This document shows positions 62,801-64,000 of a stretch of DNA of 64,000 nucleotides, piece after piece. The notes under the pieces are model-generated. The model was not told the origin of the DNA. It did no database searches and saw only the letters and a list, made by a program, of their open reading frames with translations. Position 1 is the first letter of the stretch, and every line of letters begins with the position of its first letter. Source of the DNA: Phoronis australis (taxonomy: Eukaryota; Animalia; Phoronida); contig NMRA01000004.1 in assembly GCA_002633005.1 (NCBI GenBank), positions 249,501 to 313,500 of the forward strand. Direction: 5' to 3'. The translations under genes and the position numbers were made by a program.

Positions 62801-63056
62801 CGCGGTAATAAGCTTAAATGACAACTAAAACTGAGCAATATTGCATTAATCTCTTATTATTAGTATGCTCAATAACTGTACCCGTCATGGTGAAACATCC
62901 GACTACCATTCCAATGTTTCTCCCAGCAAGCATTACTTCCTCGCTGTCGGCTTTGCTTTCTGTTGACTTGGACTTCCTGCCCGCCCATATTCCAACGGCA
63001 AGAATAAGAACGTAGAACACGATAATGGACACAAGACCTAAGACGTTGACGGCCAT
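47112..63056 (-). CDS. SLC5A7: High-affinity choline transporter 1 (sodium:solute symporter family), 545 aa, 7 coding exons
   Basis: Exons 63056-62882, 59363-59250, 58530-58375, 56459-56311, 51995-51846, 50631-50502 and 47875-47112 join in frame (1638 nt). Signature motifs: [68 protein letters not shown]. Confidence 0.96.
48810..49230 (+). mobile_element. hAT transposase N-terminal (TTF-type zinc finger) relic in the last SLC5A7 intron
   Basis: Across frameshifts: [10 protein letters not shown]...PF / [15 protein letters not shown] / AYCFACLFF...[14 protein letters not shown]. Confidence 0.65.
50502..50631 (-). CDS. SLC5A7: SLC5A7 coding exon 6
   Basis: 130 nt, [43 protein letters not shown]. 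Confidence 0.93.
51846..51995 (-). CDS. SLC5A7: SLC5A7 coding exon 5
   Basis: 150 nt, [13 protein letters not shown]...[16 protein letters not shown]. Confidence 0.93.
52800..54130. mobile_element. Foldback-type element with inverted subterminal arrays of about 17-bp GTGTCCCGGGTTCT(A/G)T units
   Basis: Left array 52806-52944 and its reverse-complement right array 53981-54130. Confidence 0.7.
54941..55250. repeat. 51/52-bp minisatellite, about 6 copies, with an ABAB higher-order structure
   Basis: Units start ctaatg at about 54941, 54988, 55040, 55091, 55143 and 55194. Confidence 0.9.
55593..56150 (-). mobile_element. Possible degenerate tRNA-derived SINE with an (AATA)n tail
   Basis: Minus-strand head gctccgacggcagagcg (A-box-like) and gcaggctcgattcc (B-box-like); (TTTA)n run at 55593-55622. 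Confidence 0.3.
56311..56459 (-). CDS. SLC5A7: SLC5A7 coding exon 4
   Basis: 149 nt, [50 protein letters not shown]. Confidence 0.95.
58375..58530 (-). CDS. SLC5A7: SLC5A7 coding exon 3
   Basis: 156 nt, [52 protein letters not shown]. Confidence 0.95.
59250..59363 (-). CDS. SLC5A7: SLC5A7 coding exon 2
   Basis: 114 nt, [38 protein letters not shown]; not in the ORF track. Confidence 0.95.
62882..63056 (-). CDS. SLC5A7: SLC5A7 coding exon 1
   Basis: [25 protein letters not shown]...[18 protein letters not shown], 175 nt. Confidence 0.93.
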
Positions 63057-63349
63057 CTTAAAATGACCTTATTCTCTATCTCACTCTCTTTAGATTCACT
63101 AGCATGTTATAATTTGTGATAAACAGGACGGTATCTGATAAACAGTAAACAACTGTATAAGTCTTTAGAAATTCGTTCAGCGAGACTCTTGGGAATTCTT
63201 TTGCAGTGGGCTAGGTTAGCTCAACGCTGTAACGAGAACGTCATACCTAAAATGTCTTGGTCTTATTATTTCAACGCCTAGCCTATTTAAATGGGGCTAT
63301 TCGGAGAATTGTCCTCGCGGTGTCGCTGCTGCACTAGTGGTGATTGAAT

Positions 63350-63360
63350 TGCGCATGCGT
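63350..63360. promoter_or_regulatory. NRF1-like motif in the CpG-richer region upstream of SLC5A7
   Basis: TGCGCATGCGT about 300 bp upstream of the ATG; single motif match only. Confidence 0.25.
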
Positions 63361-64000
63361 CTGTATGTAAACAACTGGTAAAATATGCAATTTTTATCAA
63401 AATACGTCGTCGCGCTAAGCCTTATTACTGCTAAGTTCCCTGGTGCAAGTCTTCGACAGGTGGCCACAAATTCCCAAAAGACCTAAGGTTACTATATTCG
63501 TGGACAATTGCAGTCAACAGGGTCAACTAACTGACAAAAAGTGTGTGGATGCTGAAGCCCTGTGTGTGCTCTATGCAGTTCCATTCGGAGACTACACAAC
63601 ATTACTTGGTAAGTTTTTAGCAATCAGTTTCTATCAACATCGTTCGGTGATGTTATTCCCACCAGTTAACCCACTGAATAACAGTTTATTGAGTGGAACT
63701 AAGTGTTTCTTTTTTGGAAACTCACCCGATGCCGGGTAGGCTAGCAACACATATTCATATTGTCCTGGGTGGGAGTGTTCCCAAAATAAGAGGTGTATGA
63801 TACTTGATGCACAGAAGTCAAGAGTGACTTTTTCACAGCAGTTTCTCTTCAAAACTATGCTGTTTCCAATAAAATTCTCTAGATGAGTGAGTTTCCTTAT
63901 TTTATCGTGGACCCCACCCCCAGGACTACCAGCTCAGTTATCGAATTAACATGAATAAGCCTTAATTCAGTAAATGTCGTAACATTGCATTGGAAAAAAA

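Overview
AT-rich, intron-rich animal genomic DNA from an invertebrate; a lophotrochozoan-like origin is a guess, and the species cannot be determined from the sequence. Four spliced protein-coding genes can be assembled by hand from GT-AG sites with consistent phases. (1) The 5' part of a C16orf96/QRICH2-type coiled-coil gene on the minus strand, ATG at 19482, running off the left edge; it has candidate in-frame microexons. (2) A complete MIF4GD/SLIP1-CTIF family gene on the minus strand (35752-26175, 5 coding exons, 338 aa). (3) A complete secreted cysteine-rich protein on the plus strand (41405-45700, 316 aa) with one TSP1 domain and three atypical 8-Cys chitin-binding-type-2-like domains. 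(4) A complete high-affinity choline transporter SLC5A7 on the minus strand (63056-47112, 7 coding exons, 545 aa). Introns and intergenic DNA carry many transposon relics: an L1/Tx1 LINE, a Kolobok-like THAP element, hAT fragments, hAT/Harbinger/pogo-type MITEs and foldback elements, plus several palindromic minisatellites. The most notable signals are an inverted pair of Penelope-type minimal hammerhead ribozyme motifs in a MIF4GD intron, with the sense-strand copy carrying a core G8U change; a three-copy inverted repeat arrangement around two MIF4GD exons that could drive circRNA formation; the unusual Cys-rich domain; and the microexon cluster. A 1.34-kb tandem duplication abutting a single N is probably an assembly artefact. 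No CRISPR array, rRNA gene or clear tRNA gene was found. All calls come from manual reading with no database searches.
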